Shown here one piece after another: positions 30,890 to 39,908 of a stretch of DNA of 64,000 nt. The stretch's first letter is position 1. The number at the start of each line of letters is the position of its first letter. A program made the position numbers and the translations under genes. Below the pieces are notes generated by a model. The model did no database searches. It saw only the letters and a program-made list of their open reading frames with translations, and was not told the origin of the DNA. Source of the stretch: a candidate division FCPU426 bacterium (GTDB taxonomy: Bacteria > Oederibacteriota > Muellerivitia > Muellerivitales > Muellerivitaceae); contig CAWKAR010000033.1 of assembly GCA_963847625.1 (NCBI GenBank), positions 79,780 to 143,779 of the forward strand, written 5' to 3'.

Positions 30890-31972
30890 ATGAATTTCAG
30901 CAAATCCTTTTACCTGGGAGCCCTCACTTCCTTCTTCGGATCGATCCTTTTGGCGGAAATCGCTTTAAGAATGACGGTTCCGGCAGGATTTTGGTACCGT
31001 CATTTCGACTTTTCCGGGGATATGACCAGCCTGGCGGAATTAAGGGACCGGCTTCAATATTTTCCCCGGAAAGAACCCGGTGATAAGCCGATCCTGCTGT
31101 TAGGAGACAGTGTTCTGGGAGCCAGCGCCCTGATGGAACACCGTGTTCCCGGCGCCCGGGGAAAAACCCTTTCAATTTTTTTAAGGGAGGACCTCCAAAG
31201 TTCAAATCAGTTCCCCCTGAGCTTGGGCTCCGACGGCCTTTTGCTCCCGGATATCCAAGCCCTGACCCCCGAGTTACTTCCCTTAAAACTACGCCGTATT
31301 CTTCTATTGTTGAACTTCCGGATGTTTTCCCAGGAATTCAATGGAGGCACCAAGGCCCTTTCGCGGTATTTTCTCCAGGAGAACCTGCCGCAGGACATAC
31401 AACAAAGGTTAGGGCAGGATTCCAAAGCGACTCCCGAGACCCGCCTCAGTGATAACCTGTACACCTTCTTCAGCTGGCATTGGTTCCTGTTCCGGGAAAC
31501 CCAGATGGCCAAAACCCTTTGGTATTACCCCAGTCAAAAGGATTTCTTCCAGAGGTTTCTGGAAAAGGTGGTGGGGAAAAACGACACCCAATCGGATATT
31601 TTCGAGGCGGCCTTGAAACAAAAGGTGGCATCCTTTTATCAACCTTACCTTTGGGATATCCAGGGACTTCCCTTCACCAGCTTGAAGGCCATCTTGGACC
31701 AGTGGGCAGGACAAAATATTCCCGTACTTGTGGTCATGACTCCGCAAAACAAGAAATTCATGGGAAGTTACTTGGATGAGGCCAGTTTCGGGAAAAATCG
31801 GAAGATTCTCGCAGCCTTCATGATGCCTTTTGAAAAAAAGGGCATGGTGTATCTGGATTGGGCCGACCATTACCCGTCCGCTGATTTCCTCGACCATTGC
31901 CATTTGAAACCACAGGGAAACGAGAAATTTGCGATGGAATTGGCCGCGTTGTTAGAAAAGGAACTGCCATGA
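30890..31972 (+). CDS. Membrane-anchored SGNH-like acyltransferase (DltD/AlgJ/PatB-like)
   Basis: N-terminal TM; LLGDSV (block I Ser); C-terminal DHCH (DxxH); lies upstream of an MBOAT gene. Confidence 0.7.
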   Translation: MNFSKSFYLGALTSFFGSILLAEIALRMTVPAGFWYRHFDFSGDMTSLAELRDRLQYFPRKEPGDKPILLLGDSVLGASALMEHRVPGARGKTLSIFLREDLQSSNQFPLSLGSDGLLLPDIQALTPELLPLKLRRILLLLNFRMFSQEFNGGTKALSRYFLQENLPQDIQQRLGQDSKATPETRLSDNLYTFFSWHWFLFRETQMAKTLWYYPSQKDFFQRFLEKVVGKNDTQSDIFEAALKQKVASFYQPYLWDIQGLPFTSLKAILDQWAGQNIPVLVVMTPQNKKFMGSYLDEASFGKNRKILAAFMMPFEKKGMVYLDWADHYPSADFLDHCHLKPQGNEKFAMELAALLEKELP

Positions 31973-32091
31973 AGAACACCGATTTCTGGAAGGGGATTGG
32001 AATGGGGTTGGTCTTATTCCTTTTGTTCTTGGCGATCCTGTTTTTTTCCGGGGACCTGTCGGCTTCCAAATTCATTTACGTGGATTTTTAA
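31969..32091 (+). CDS. 40-aa single-TM DltX-like peptide
   Basis: MKNTDFWKGIGMGLVLFLLFLAILFFSGDLSASKFIYVDF. ATGA overlap with the upstream gene; abuts the MBOAT start; ends in the FIYxxF motif. Confidence 0.8.
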   Translation: MKNTDFWKGIGMGLVLFLLFLAILFFSGDLSASKFIYVDF

Positions 32092-33294
32092 ATGATATTC
32101 AACACCAGCTGGTTCATGCTTTTTTTCTTCGTTTTTTATTTACTCTTGTGGCTGATTCCTCAGGCCCGGGTGCGTTTTTTTTACCTCCTGGTTTGCAGCT
32201 TCATATTCCAGTACCACTTCGCAGGTCCGGCCGGCATCACCCCCATCATCCTGATGGCCATTCTGACTTATTTTTTCGGCCTTTGGGTCGGAAGATACCC
32301 TAAAGAAAATCCCGCCCGGAAAAAAATATTCATCTTCGGATTGCTGATCCCGGTTATTGGATTAGTTTGCTATAAGTATCCCTTTTTATTAATAAACTCC
32401 GCGGGGTCGGCGATCGGGGGAGGATGGGGGCAATGGATGACCAGCCATGCTTATCAGCCCGCTCTGCCCCTGGGAATCTCTTTTTTCACCTTCGAATTCG
32501 TTCATTACCTGACTGATATTTACCGAGGATCCGAACCAGTAAAAAATCCATTCAAATTCGGGATCTTCTGCCTTTTTTTCTCCTCGATCGTGGCCGGTCC
32601 CATCAAGCGGTACCAGCCTTTCCTTGCCCAAATGGAAGAAGACTTAAACCGGCCTCTTTGGCCTAAGGCTGTCCTTGGCTTGGCGCAAATGCTGCTGGGT
32701 TTTTTCAAGAAACTGGTGATCGCAGATAACGCAACCACTCTCATTCACCTGCTGGAGAAACGCACCGACTTGACCTTTGGGCCGGTTTGCCTGCTGATGG
32801 CGCTGCTGTCCGTCAGGATTTTATTTGATTTCAGCGGTTATAGCGATATTGCGATCGGCATCGGTAAAATGATCGGGCTTGACCTGCCGGTTAATTTCAA
32901 TTTTCCATACATCTCCCGGAATATTTCCGAGTTCTGGAGGCGCTGGCATATTTCCTTGAGCAGTTGGATCCGGGATTACATCTACATTTCTTTAGGTGGC
33001 AATCGCCTCGGTTGGGTGAGAAAATTCTTCAACCTCATGGTGACGATGTTCGTTTGCGGTTTATGGCACGGAGCCAGCTGGCATTTCGGCCTCTGGGGCC
33101 TTTATCATGGAATGGGCTTGGTGCTTCATAATCTCTGGGAAAAATCATCCGTAGGCCGGAAGTGGTTCTCCTTGGGGCCCAGCCGTTGGGTGGATATCGC
33201 GGTGACGAATGTCTTCGTGGCTTACGGCTGGCTTTTATTTTTTTATCCCATGGACCAAGTCGTGAAAATCACACGGTATTTATTTCAACTATAA
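32092..33294 (+). CDS. MBOAT family O-acyltransferase (DltB/AlgI/PatA-like)
   Basis: LPLGISFFTF, VAGPI, FDFSGYSDIA, FWRRWHISLSSWIRDYIY, GLWHG. Confidence 0.92.
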   Translation: MIFNTSWFMLFFFVFYLLLWLIPQARVRFFYLLVCSFIFQYHFAGPAGITPIILMAILTYFFGLWVGRYPKENPARKKIFIFGLLIPVIGLVCYKYPFLLINSAGSAIGGGWGQWMTSHAYQPALPLGISFFTFEFVHYLTDIYRGSEPVKNPFKFGIFCLFFSSIVAGPIKRYQPFLAQMEEDLNRPLWPKAVLGLAQMLLGFFKKLVIADNATTLIHLLEKRTDLTFGPVCLLMALLSVRILFDFSGYSDIAIGIGKMIGLDLPVNFNFPYISRNISEFWRRWHISLSSWIRDYIYISLGGNRLGWVRKFFNLMVTMFVCGLWHGASWHFGLWGLYHGMGLVLHNLWEKSSVGRKWFSLGPSRWVDIAVTNVFVAYGWLLFFYPMDQVVKITRYLFQL

Positions 33295-33366
33295 TTTAAA
33301 GGGGAAAGTAAGCGAGCGGGAAAGCTGGGAAAAGGAAATTCAAAAATATCAATTAGGAGGAAAGGC

Positions 33367-33894
33367 ATGAAAAAGATCATGGTTTTTGGCTTTTTTTTAA
33401 TAATTTTCTCACCGGTTTTTTCACAAGTTACGCCTGTTCCTACAAACGGAAATCAAGGTTTTTTAATGGTTTTCACCACCGTTACCCCCACTCCTTGGAT
33501 CGTCAAGACGTGGAACGAAGCGAAATTGCCCTGGGATGTTTGGTTCAAGAAAAACACCATGGTCACGGATAAAACCGATTACGTGCATTTCTTCTGGAAT
33601 GCGCAAGATTTCAAGGCAAATTTCGAGGGGAAGGAAAAAAAGCTGCGTTTGTCCGAGGCCGCTTTGCAATTGGTGAAGCGGCTTTATCCCGGCGACGCCA
33701 AGGCGGACTTGGTCAAGGTCGATATTGTTTACGTTTTGGAAAGGGATTCCTATGGCCTGCCTAAGTGGGACAGCCTGCAACAGGTCGCCCACATAGAGTT
33801 TTTAAAATCCAAGGCTTTGAAATCAACCAAGAAAAAGAAGCGGCTATCGGAAACTGATTTATCCAAGGGTTTTGACAAATTCGTTATATATTGA
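33367..33894 (+). CDS. Hypothetical exported protein
   Basis: AGGAGG RBS; signal-peptide-like MKKIMVFGFFLIIFSPVFS; short VTPVPT/TTVTPTP segment. Confidence 0.65.
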   Translation: MKKIMVFGFFLIIFSPVFSQVTPVPTNGNQGFLMVFTTVTPTPWIVKTWNEAKLPWDVWFKKNTMVTDKTDYVHFFWNAQDFKANFEGKEKKLRLSEAALQLVKRLYPGDAKADLVKVDIVYVLERDSYGLPKWDSLQQVAHIEFLKSKALKSTKKKKRLSETDLSKGFDKFVIY

Positions 33895-33970
33895 CATTAT
33901 CCTTCAGCCAAAGAGTAGAGACTGAATCGGAGTTAATGGAAACCCTTTACGCTTTGAGATTTGTGTTTTC

Positions 33971-33999
33971 TTGAAATTGATTTTTATTCCGAATAAACT
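33971..33999 (+). promoter_or_regulatory. Putative sigma70 promoter for tRNA-Val
   Basis: TTGAAA-17 nt-TAAACT, about 55 nt upstream of the tRNA. Confidence 0.4.
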
Positions 34000-34053
34000 A
34001 CAAATTCTTCAATACTATCAAGTTCATCGCCAATCAATTTATTTTAGTTTGAA

Positions 34054-34130
34054 GGACGTTTAGCTCAGCTGGTTAGAGCGTCGCGTTCACATCGCGAAGG
34101 TCACTGGTTCAAGTCCAGTAACGTCCACCA
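34054..34130 (+). tRNA. tRNA-Val, anticodon CAC
   Basis: Acceptor GGACGTT/AACGTCC plus ACCA; D arm AGCTCAGCTGGTTAGAGC; anticodon arm TCGCG-TTCACAT-CGCGA; T arm ACTGGTTCAAGTCCAGT. Confidence 0.97.
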
Positions 34131-34134
34131 CTTG

Positions 34135-34171
34135 AAAAAGCCCGTTTCCTGGGGGGAATGGGCTTTTTTTT
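34135..34171 (+). terminator. Rho-independent terminator (possibly bidirectional)
   Basis: AAAAAGCCCGTTTCC...GGGAATGGGC followed by a T8 tract. Confidence 0.75.
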
Positions 34172-34186
34172 GGCCCCCTCCCGACC

Positions 34187-34320
34187 CTACTTATCAGAAG
34201 GGGCTCGAGAGGGATGAGTTTATGGCAGATCAGATCGTAGGCCAACAAGGTACTGACCAGGAAGTTCCCGGTTGCCGTTAAATAATCCCCGCCATAGAGT
34301 TCCGAATATGGAGGAAGGTC
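34187..34320 (-). pseudogene. Degenerate copy of the 3' end of the NHL-SGNH gene (41456..43474)
   Basis: PYSELYGGDYLTATGNFLVSTLLAYDLICHKLIPLEP versus PLSEIGGNDHMYRGGHILVASWLAFELIRHKIVPFEP; nucleotide similarity to 41459-41520 is also visible. Confidence 0.8.
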
Positions 34321-34417
34321 CAATGTATCGGGCTTAACTGTTTATATTCCCATAAGTCAGGCATAAAAACCCAATTAGGACACCGCCCTTGACCTTTTAG
34401 TTTCAGAATGAGTTAAT

Positions 34418-35203
34418 ATGGGCTTATCAATGGAAACTTTATCTCAAATCATTCAAAAATCTAAAAAACGCCTTCTTCAAATGCACTTCGAAAGCGGTGT
34501 AGGACACATCGGGGGCAATCTTTCCTGCCTGGACACCCTCATGGTTTTGCACCACCAAGTCCTAAAAAAAGAGGATCTCTTCATCCTTTCCAAGGGTCAT
34601 GCCGCGGGAGCCCTTTATATCACTCTCTGGTCGAGGGGAAAACTCAAGGATGAGGATTTAAAGCTTTTTCACAAGGAACCCACCAAACTCAGCGGCCATC
34701 CCGCCCCCAACTGGCATGAGGATATTATTTTCGCCACCGGCAGTCTGGGGCATGGTTTTTCCCTGTCGGCCGGGCTGGCTTTGGCCAAAAAATTCAAGGG
34801 CGAATCTGGGAGGGTTTTCTGCCTGATGTCGGACGGAGAATGGCAGGAAGGCTCCAACTGGGAGGCTCTCATCTTTTCCCTCCACCAGAAATTGGAATCC
34901 TTGACTATCATCATTGACGCCAACGGCTTCCAGGGATTCGGATCGACCAAGGAAGTCGCCGGCTTGGATTCCCTGAATGGGAAATTCCGTTCTTTTGGGA
35001 TGCCTACCCAGGAGGTCAATGGCCATGATTTAAATGCCATGGAGAAGGCCCTCAATCAAAACACGCCCGGACCCCGGGCCATCATCGCCAATACCGTCAA
35101 GGGCCATGGTGTTTCTTTCATGGAAAATAAATGGGAATGGCATTACCTGCCCTTGAAAGAGGATCAGTACCGCCAAGCCCTCCAAGAGATGGAAAAACCA
35201 TGA
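34418..35203 (+). CDS. Transketolase-like ThDP enzyme, N-terminal subunit
   Basis: GHIGG, LSKGHA, TGSLGHG, SDGEWQEGSNWEA, TVKGHG, WHY. Confidence 0.92.
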   Translation: MGLSMETLSQIIQKSKKRLLQMHFESGVGHIGGNLSCLDTLMVLHHQVLKKEDLFILSKGHAAGALYITLWSRGKLKDEDLKLFHKEPTKLSGHPAPNWHEDIIFATGSLGHGFSLSAGLALAKKFKGESGRVFCLMSDGEWQEGSNWEALIFSLHQKLESLTIIIDANGFQGFGSTKEVAGLDSLNGKFRSFGMPTQEVNGHDLNAMEKALNQNTPGPRAIIANTVKGHGVSFMENKWEWHYLPLKEDQYRQALQEMEKP

Positions 35204-36105
35204 GAAACATCTTTTGCGATACCCTGGTTAAAAGCGCTGGCCGGCCCGACTTTGTTTTTCTCACTGGCGATTTGGGATACATGGCCCTCGAACCCCTGCA
35301 AAAAGCCGCAAAAACACGTTTTATCAACGCGGGTATTTCGGAGCAAAACATGGTATCGGTGGCGGCAGGCCTGGCTAGAGGGGGTTTTTCCCCTTGGGCC
35401 TACAGTATTGCCCCTTTTATTTACGCCCGTCCCCTGGAGCAGGTCCGTAACGACGTGTGTTTCCACGATTTGCCGGTCAAACTGGTTGCTAACGGCGGCG
35501 GCTACGCCTATGGGGTCATGGGGGCCACCCACCACGCCATCGAGGATTACGGCATCCTGCTTTCTCTTTTAAACATGCATGTTTTCGTTCCCGCTTTCGG
35601 GTCGGATATTCCGCCGATCGTGGAAAAACTCTTTCATTTAAACCATCCCTCCTATTTACGGCTGGGCCGCGATGAAAAACCCAAGGATTTGGAGATACCA
35701 AGTTACGCTCCCTGGCGAAAGGTCCTGGAAGGCGGAGGCCCTGTCCTTCTCATCGTCGGCCCTTTAGTCGGCGGAATTCTCTCCGTATTAAGCCAATTGG
35801 AAGAAAAAAAACGCCCTCGAATTTGGGTTTTAACCGAATTGCCCCTGGAGGAAGGAACCATTCCGGCGGAATTCCTAAACGATTTGCGGCATTCCAAGCG
35901 TCTGATGGTGGCCGAGGAACACGTGGCCCACGGGGGCGCCGGGGAAATGATAAGCCGGGTTCTTCTCTTAAAAGGGGAAGCCCCGAAACGATTTTCTCAT
36001 TTTTACGCCCAAGGATACCCTTCCGGTTATTATGGGTCCCAGACTTTCCATCGAAAAGAATCCGGCTTGGCGGCGGACAACCTCTTGAAAGAATTGGAAT
36101 TCTAA
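35200..36105 (+). CDS. Transketolase-like enzyme, C-terminal (pyrimidine-binding) subunit
   Basis: ATGA-coupled start MRNIF; GISEQNMVSVAAGLA, GATHHAIED, YLRLG, EEHVAHGG. Confidence 0.9.
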   Translation: MRNIFCDTLVKSAGRPDFVFLTGDLGYMALEPLQKAAKTRFINAGISEQNMVSVAAGLARGGFSPWAYSIAPFIYARPLEQVRNDVCFHDLPVKLVANGGGYAYGVMGATHHAIEDYGILLSLLNMHVFVPAFGSDIPPIVEKLFHLNHPSYLRLGRDEKPKDLEIPSYAPWRKVLEGGGPVLLIVGPLVGGILSVLSQLEEKKRPRIWVLTELPLEEGTIPAEFLNDLRHSKRLMVAEEHVAHGGAGEMISRVLLLKGEAPKRFSHFYAQGYPSGYYGSQTFHRKESGLAADNLLKELEF

Positions 36106-38060
36106 TGCACATCGAGGAGAAGGTAAAAAAAATCCAAGGGCCCATATTGGTTTTAGGTGCCAGCGGTTTTATCGGCAGCCATCTGCTTCAAATGCTGTTG
36201 AAATACCGGGACGACGCCTTTGGCACGGTTTTCCATATCCCCGCGTGGCGGTTGGAGAGCTGCCCCCCGGCTCAGGTGCTCCACGCCGATCTCCTAGTGG
36301 ACGCGAATCTGGATTCCCTTTTTAACCAGATCAACCCTAAAACGGTTTTTAACTGCGTCGCCTATGGCGCCTATTCTTTTGAAATCGACAGCTCCCTGAT
36401 TTACCGCACCAATTTTAATATGACCGAGAAAATCCTCAGCCACCTGGAAAAAAGGAGTATTGCCGCTTATGTCCATGCCGGCAGTTCTTCCGAATATGGC
36501 GATAACGCTTCAGGGCCGGTTGAAAACGATCCACTGGCCCCCAATAGCGATTACGCGGTTTCAAAGGTGGCGGCCGCGAATCTTCTTTTCTTTTATGGCT
36601 GCAAAAAAAACTTCCCCTGCGCCAACCTGCGCCTTTATTCGGTTTACGGCCCCTTGGAGGACTCCTCCCGGTTGATCCCGAACCTGGTTAAATCGGGCCT
36701 GGAAGGGAAATATCCCGAATTGGTCAACCCTGAGGTTTCACGTGACTTTGTCTATATCCAGGACGTTTGTGAAGCTTTCCTGGACACGGCCATCAACCTC
36801 AAGCCCCCTTATTACGGTGACTCATTCAATATCGGGAGCGGAAAAAAAACCACCATCCGAGAAGCGGCAAAAATAACCGGGGAACTCTTTAAGATCAAGA
36901 ATCCGCCACCCTTTAATTCCATGCCCGAACGAAAATGGGACGTGAAAGATTGGTTTGCGGACACGCGCAAAGCCAAGGAACTCCTGGGTTGGGAAGCACG
37001 CACTTCCTTCCGGCAAGGGTTTGAGTTGACCGCCGCGTGGTATCAAAAGCTTGAGGACAAGGAAAAGTACCGGAAGTCCTCCAAACTATTCGCGTTGGAT
37101 GCCAAACACAGCCTCTCCGGCGTGATTTCCTGTTATAAAAACGCCGAGACCATTCCTTTGATATACGAAAGAGTAAAGGCGGCCTTTGAAAAACTAAAAA
37201 TCGATTACGAAATCATTCTCGTGAATGACAACAGCCCGGATAACAGCGAGGAAATCATTCTCGACCTCAGCCGCAAGGACGACCATGTCATCGGAGTCTC
37301 CCATTCGAGCAAATTCGGTACCCAGGCGGCCTATCGAAGTGGAATGGAAATTTCCACCAAAAACGGGTGCGTGTTATTGAACGCCGACCTCCAGGATCCG
37401 CCGGAATTGATCGAAAAATTCGTGGAAAAATGGCGCGAAGGCAACGATGTGGTGTTTGGAAGGCAAAAAAACAGCGATATTCCTTTTTTCATGAGGACGG
37501 TTTACAACCTCTTTTATTTCATCTTTGATTACTTCTCTTACCTGGCCATTCCCCATTATGCCGGTGACTTTTCACTGATCGACCGGCGGGTGGTGAAAGC
37601 CATCCTCCAATTCCAGGAGAGGGCCTTTTTTATGAGGGGAGTCCGGGCCTACGTGGGATTCAAACAAACGGGCGTGGACTACACCCGTACCGGAAACGCT
37701 TCGGGGAAAACCATCGCCAATTTCTTTAAAAACATCGATAACGCGAAGAAAGGGATCCTGTCTTACAGTTATACGCCCCTATCGATCCTCAGTTTCTCAG
37801 GATCCATGCTTTTCCTTTTGAGCCTGACCCTGGGCGCCCTGCAAGTCGTCGTCCGTTTGCTTTGGCCCGACCGCGCCCCCAGGGGGACTACGACCATCCT
37901 TCTTGCTGTCCTCTTGTTCGGGTCCATTAATTTATTCGCCCTCGCCATTTTGGGCGAGTACATCGCCAAAATATTCGAGGAAGTCAAACAACGGCCGCAC
38001 TTTATCCGGCGCAGCGTCATTAAGGGTGGCGAGGTCCGGTCAGTGATTGAAAATTCCTGA
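36105..38060 (+). CDS. NAD-dependent epimerase/dehydratase fused to a GT2 polyprenyl-phosphate glycosyltransferase (DPM synthase/GtrB/ArnC-like)
   Basis: TAATG-coupled start MHIEEK; GASGFIG, YAVSK, RDFVYIQD; then VNDNSPD, ADLQDPP, GDFSLIDRRVV, two TM helices, LGEYIAKIFEEVKQRP. Confidence 0.88.
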   Translation: MHIEEKVKKIQGPILVLGASGFIGSHLLQMLLKYRDDAFGTVFHIPAWRLESCPPAQVLHADLLVDANLDSLFNQINPKTVFNCVAYGAYSFEIDSSLIYRTNFNMTEKILSHLEKRSIAAYVHAGSSSEYGDNASGPVENDPLAPNSDYAVSKVAAANLLFFYGCKKNFPCANLRLYSVYGPLEDSSRLIPNLVKSGLEGKYPELVNPEVSRDFVYIQDVCEAFLDTAINLKPPYYGDSFNIGSGKKTTIREAAKITGELFKIKNPPPFNSMPERKWDVKDWFADTRKAKELLGWEARTSFRQGFELTAAWYQKLEDKEKYRKSSKLFALDAKHSLSGVISCYKNAETIPLIYERVKAAFEKLKIDYEIILVNDNSPDNSEEIILDLSRKDDHVIGVSHSSKFGTQAAYRSGMEISTKNGCVLLNADLQDPPELIEKFVEKWREGNDVVFGRQKNSDIPFFMRTVYNLFYFIFDYFSYLAIPHYAGDFSLIDRRVVKAILQFQERAFFMRGVRAYVGFKQTGVDYTRTGNASGKTIANFFKNIDNAKKGILSYSYTPLSILSFSGSMLFLLSLTLGALQVVVRLLWPDRAPRGTTTILLAVLLFGSINLFALAILGEYIAKIFEEVKQRPHFIRRSVIKGGEVRSVIENS

Positions 38061-38136
38061 TAAAGTTGGATGAGCTTCCAAAGGCCGATCGCCAGGGTGG
38101 AACTTCCCGCTGTCCTGGTTTCCGGGTTACAATTCC

Positions 38137-39207
38137 CTAACGGGAATCACCGTAATAATAAAAAAGTTTTTTAACGTCGTTCTTCCCCCCAAAAGGTAGC
38201 TGGGTGCGCTCGATCCAGTCGATGGCGAATATCTGGTTTCCGCGGGGCCAGGTCAGCCGTCCAAGAACTCTTCCGGTGGCGGGATGGAGGGCGACGATAC
38301 CACACCGGCTCTTGCGATGGTCCAAGCCCGGGGCGTAAGAATGAAACTTCGGAAGCACCTTGGAGACTCCCACAAAGAGAACATCCTTGACGAAACAAAG
38401 ACCGCGCGTCCAGCTTTCAAGCCTTTGGACCGGCACAAAACGGTCTCCGAGGATAGGCCCGACTTCGCCGAAACCGCTGTTGTCCACCCATAAGTCCTTC
38501 CCGTGGAACCGGGCTGAATGGGGCCGCGTGAGCCCGCGCACCACCATTTCGCGTGTGCGCCCGGAAAAAATCCCCCCCCTGCCTTCCACCGGGTAATCCG
38601 GATCACCGGGAACCTTCTTCGTCACTTGGTCGCTAGTAGCCGAGAAGAAAGAATCTCTCAATGTTCTTCCAGCCGCGATGGAGTTTAATTGAATGTGGTT
38701 TTTCTGAAAAATGGGTTTGCGGTCCCCGATGCATTTCGGCCACCAGACCCGCGTGGCTCCCAGGTCGTAATCCAGCCGGACGACCACATTCTGGCCGACC
38801 GCGTTTCCATGCAGTTGGGCGCCGATGAAGGCGAGATCATGCAGGTAAAGACGTCCGGGAAGAAACCGCGCGCGGGTCGGCAAAAGGGGGTTTCCCCCCA
38901 GTTCCATCAAAAGGTTGGGGTTGCGGGTACAGGCGATATGGACTGTCCCTTTTGGGCGGTTGACGGCCAAACCGGATGGATGGGGGACATGAATCCACGT
39001 GGTGGTTGGGTGGCTTAAAGCCAGGACAAGATGCTCGTATTCCCGGGTCACTAAAAGGGTGATGCCGAGCCGTTCGAGGGTTTGCTTCCATCCCTTGTCC
39101 GCCTGGCACTCCAGAAGCTTGGGATCGACGCCCGTCTCGTTCCAAAGCCCTACGATTTGCGCCGGATCGCGTAGCATAAATTGATGTTTTTCGTGTAGCG
39201 GGTTCAT
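38137..39207 (-). CDS. TIGR03032/DUF4915-like beta-propeller protein
   Basis: HDLAF, HIQLNSIA, GLTRPHSARFH, LWVDNSGFG, WTRGLCF; start MNPLHEK overlaps the GT2 stop. Confidence 0.75.
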   Translation of the reverse strand: MNPLHEKHQFMLRDPAQIVGLWNETGVDPKLLECQADKGWKQTLERLGITLLVTREYEHLVLALSHPTTTWIHVPHPSGLAVNRPKGTVHIACTRNPNLLMELGGNPLLPTRARFLPGRLYLHDLAFIGAQLHGNAVGQNVVVRLDYDLGATRVWWPKCIGDRKPIFQKNHIQLNSIAAGRTLRDSFFSATSDQVTKKVPGDPDYPVEGRGGIFSGRTREMVVRGLTRPHSARFHGKDLWVDNSGFGEVGPILGDRFVPVQRLESWTRGLCFVKDVLFVGVSKVLPKFHSYAPGLDHRKSRCGIVALHPATGRVLGRLTWPRGNQIFAIDWIERTQLPFGGKNDVKKLFYYYGDSR

Positions 39208-39890
39208 TTCATTCTTAACCAAAGTTGGAAGGCCCCCCAATACATGCGCGCCGCGCTTTTGAAATTCGTCGTGGACTTGCCCCCGTGGCGGCTCCATCCC
39301 CCCTGCCGTATTTCCAAAACGGGTACCTTCATCCGGCTGCATCTTGCCAGAATCTCGGCATCCAGGAGGTCGCCGTCCGAGTCCAAGGAGACGCGACGCA
39401 AGAGGCTCGAATCGAAGATTTTAGGAGTTCCATTCACATCATGGCATTTTACGCGAAAAAGAATACAGCACTCCAGGTTATACAACAGGGAGCCCATCTC
39501 CCGTAAAAAATGGCCCCGGGTGTGCCTCGAGATTTTAGCCATGGAGCCGGGTTTTTCCAAAAGTTGCTTGAAGAGCGCGGGAATCGTGGCCGGGTCGGTG
39601 CGGGCGGAATTGGCATAACAGAGAAAACGTCCCCGGGCCGATTCCAGGCCCTTTCTCACCGAAAGGCCCCATCCTCCCAACGGATTTTCAACGACACGGA
39701 CATTTTTATGTTTTTTCGATAATTCCCGGCAAATTTGAGGAGAGTTATCCCAGCAAGCGTTGGGAACCAGGATGATTTCCCAGGGTTTTCCCCGGAACTC
39801 GCTCAAATAACTATCGATGACCCCAGCGATATGGTCGGCTTGGTTATGCACCGGAAGAACGACCGAAAGTTCCGGCTTCATCATCGCCAC
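39204..39890 (-). CDS. GT2 family glycosyltransferase
   Basis: LSVVLPVHNQ, EIILVPNACWDNS, KGLESARG, DVNGTPK. Confidence 0.8.
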   Translation of the reverse strand: MAMMKPELSVVLPVHNQADHIAGVIDSYLSEFRGKPWEIILVPNACWDNSPQICRELSKKHKNVRVVENPLGGWGLSVRKGLESARGRFLCYANSARTDPATIPALFKQLLEKPGSMAKISRHTRGHFLREMGSLLYNLECCILFRVKCHDVNGTPKIFDSSLLRRVSLDSDGDLLDAEILARCSRMKVPVLEIRQGGWSRHGGKSTTNFKSAARMYWGAFQLWLRMK

Positions 39891-39908
39891 TTCCTGACGG
39901 GCAATCGA

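Noticed and set aside
30890..33294. Canonical dlt operon for teichoic acid D-alanylation
   Set aside because: No dltA or dltC in the window, and the SGNH protein has GDS rather than the DltD GSSE motif.
35823..36104. N-terminal extensions in the ORF track (also 35131, 39342, 23392, 21054, 47939)
   Set aside because: They overlap upstream genes or remnants; coupled downstream starts fit better.
38061..38136. Possible third trace of the NHL-SGNH 3' end, and a possible GT N-terminal stub near 18800-18847
   Set aside because: Similarity is too short to distinguish from chance by eye.
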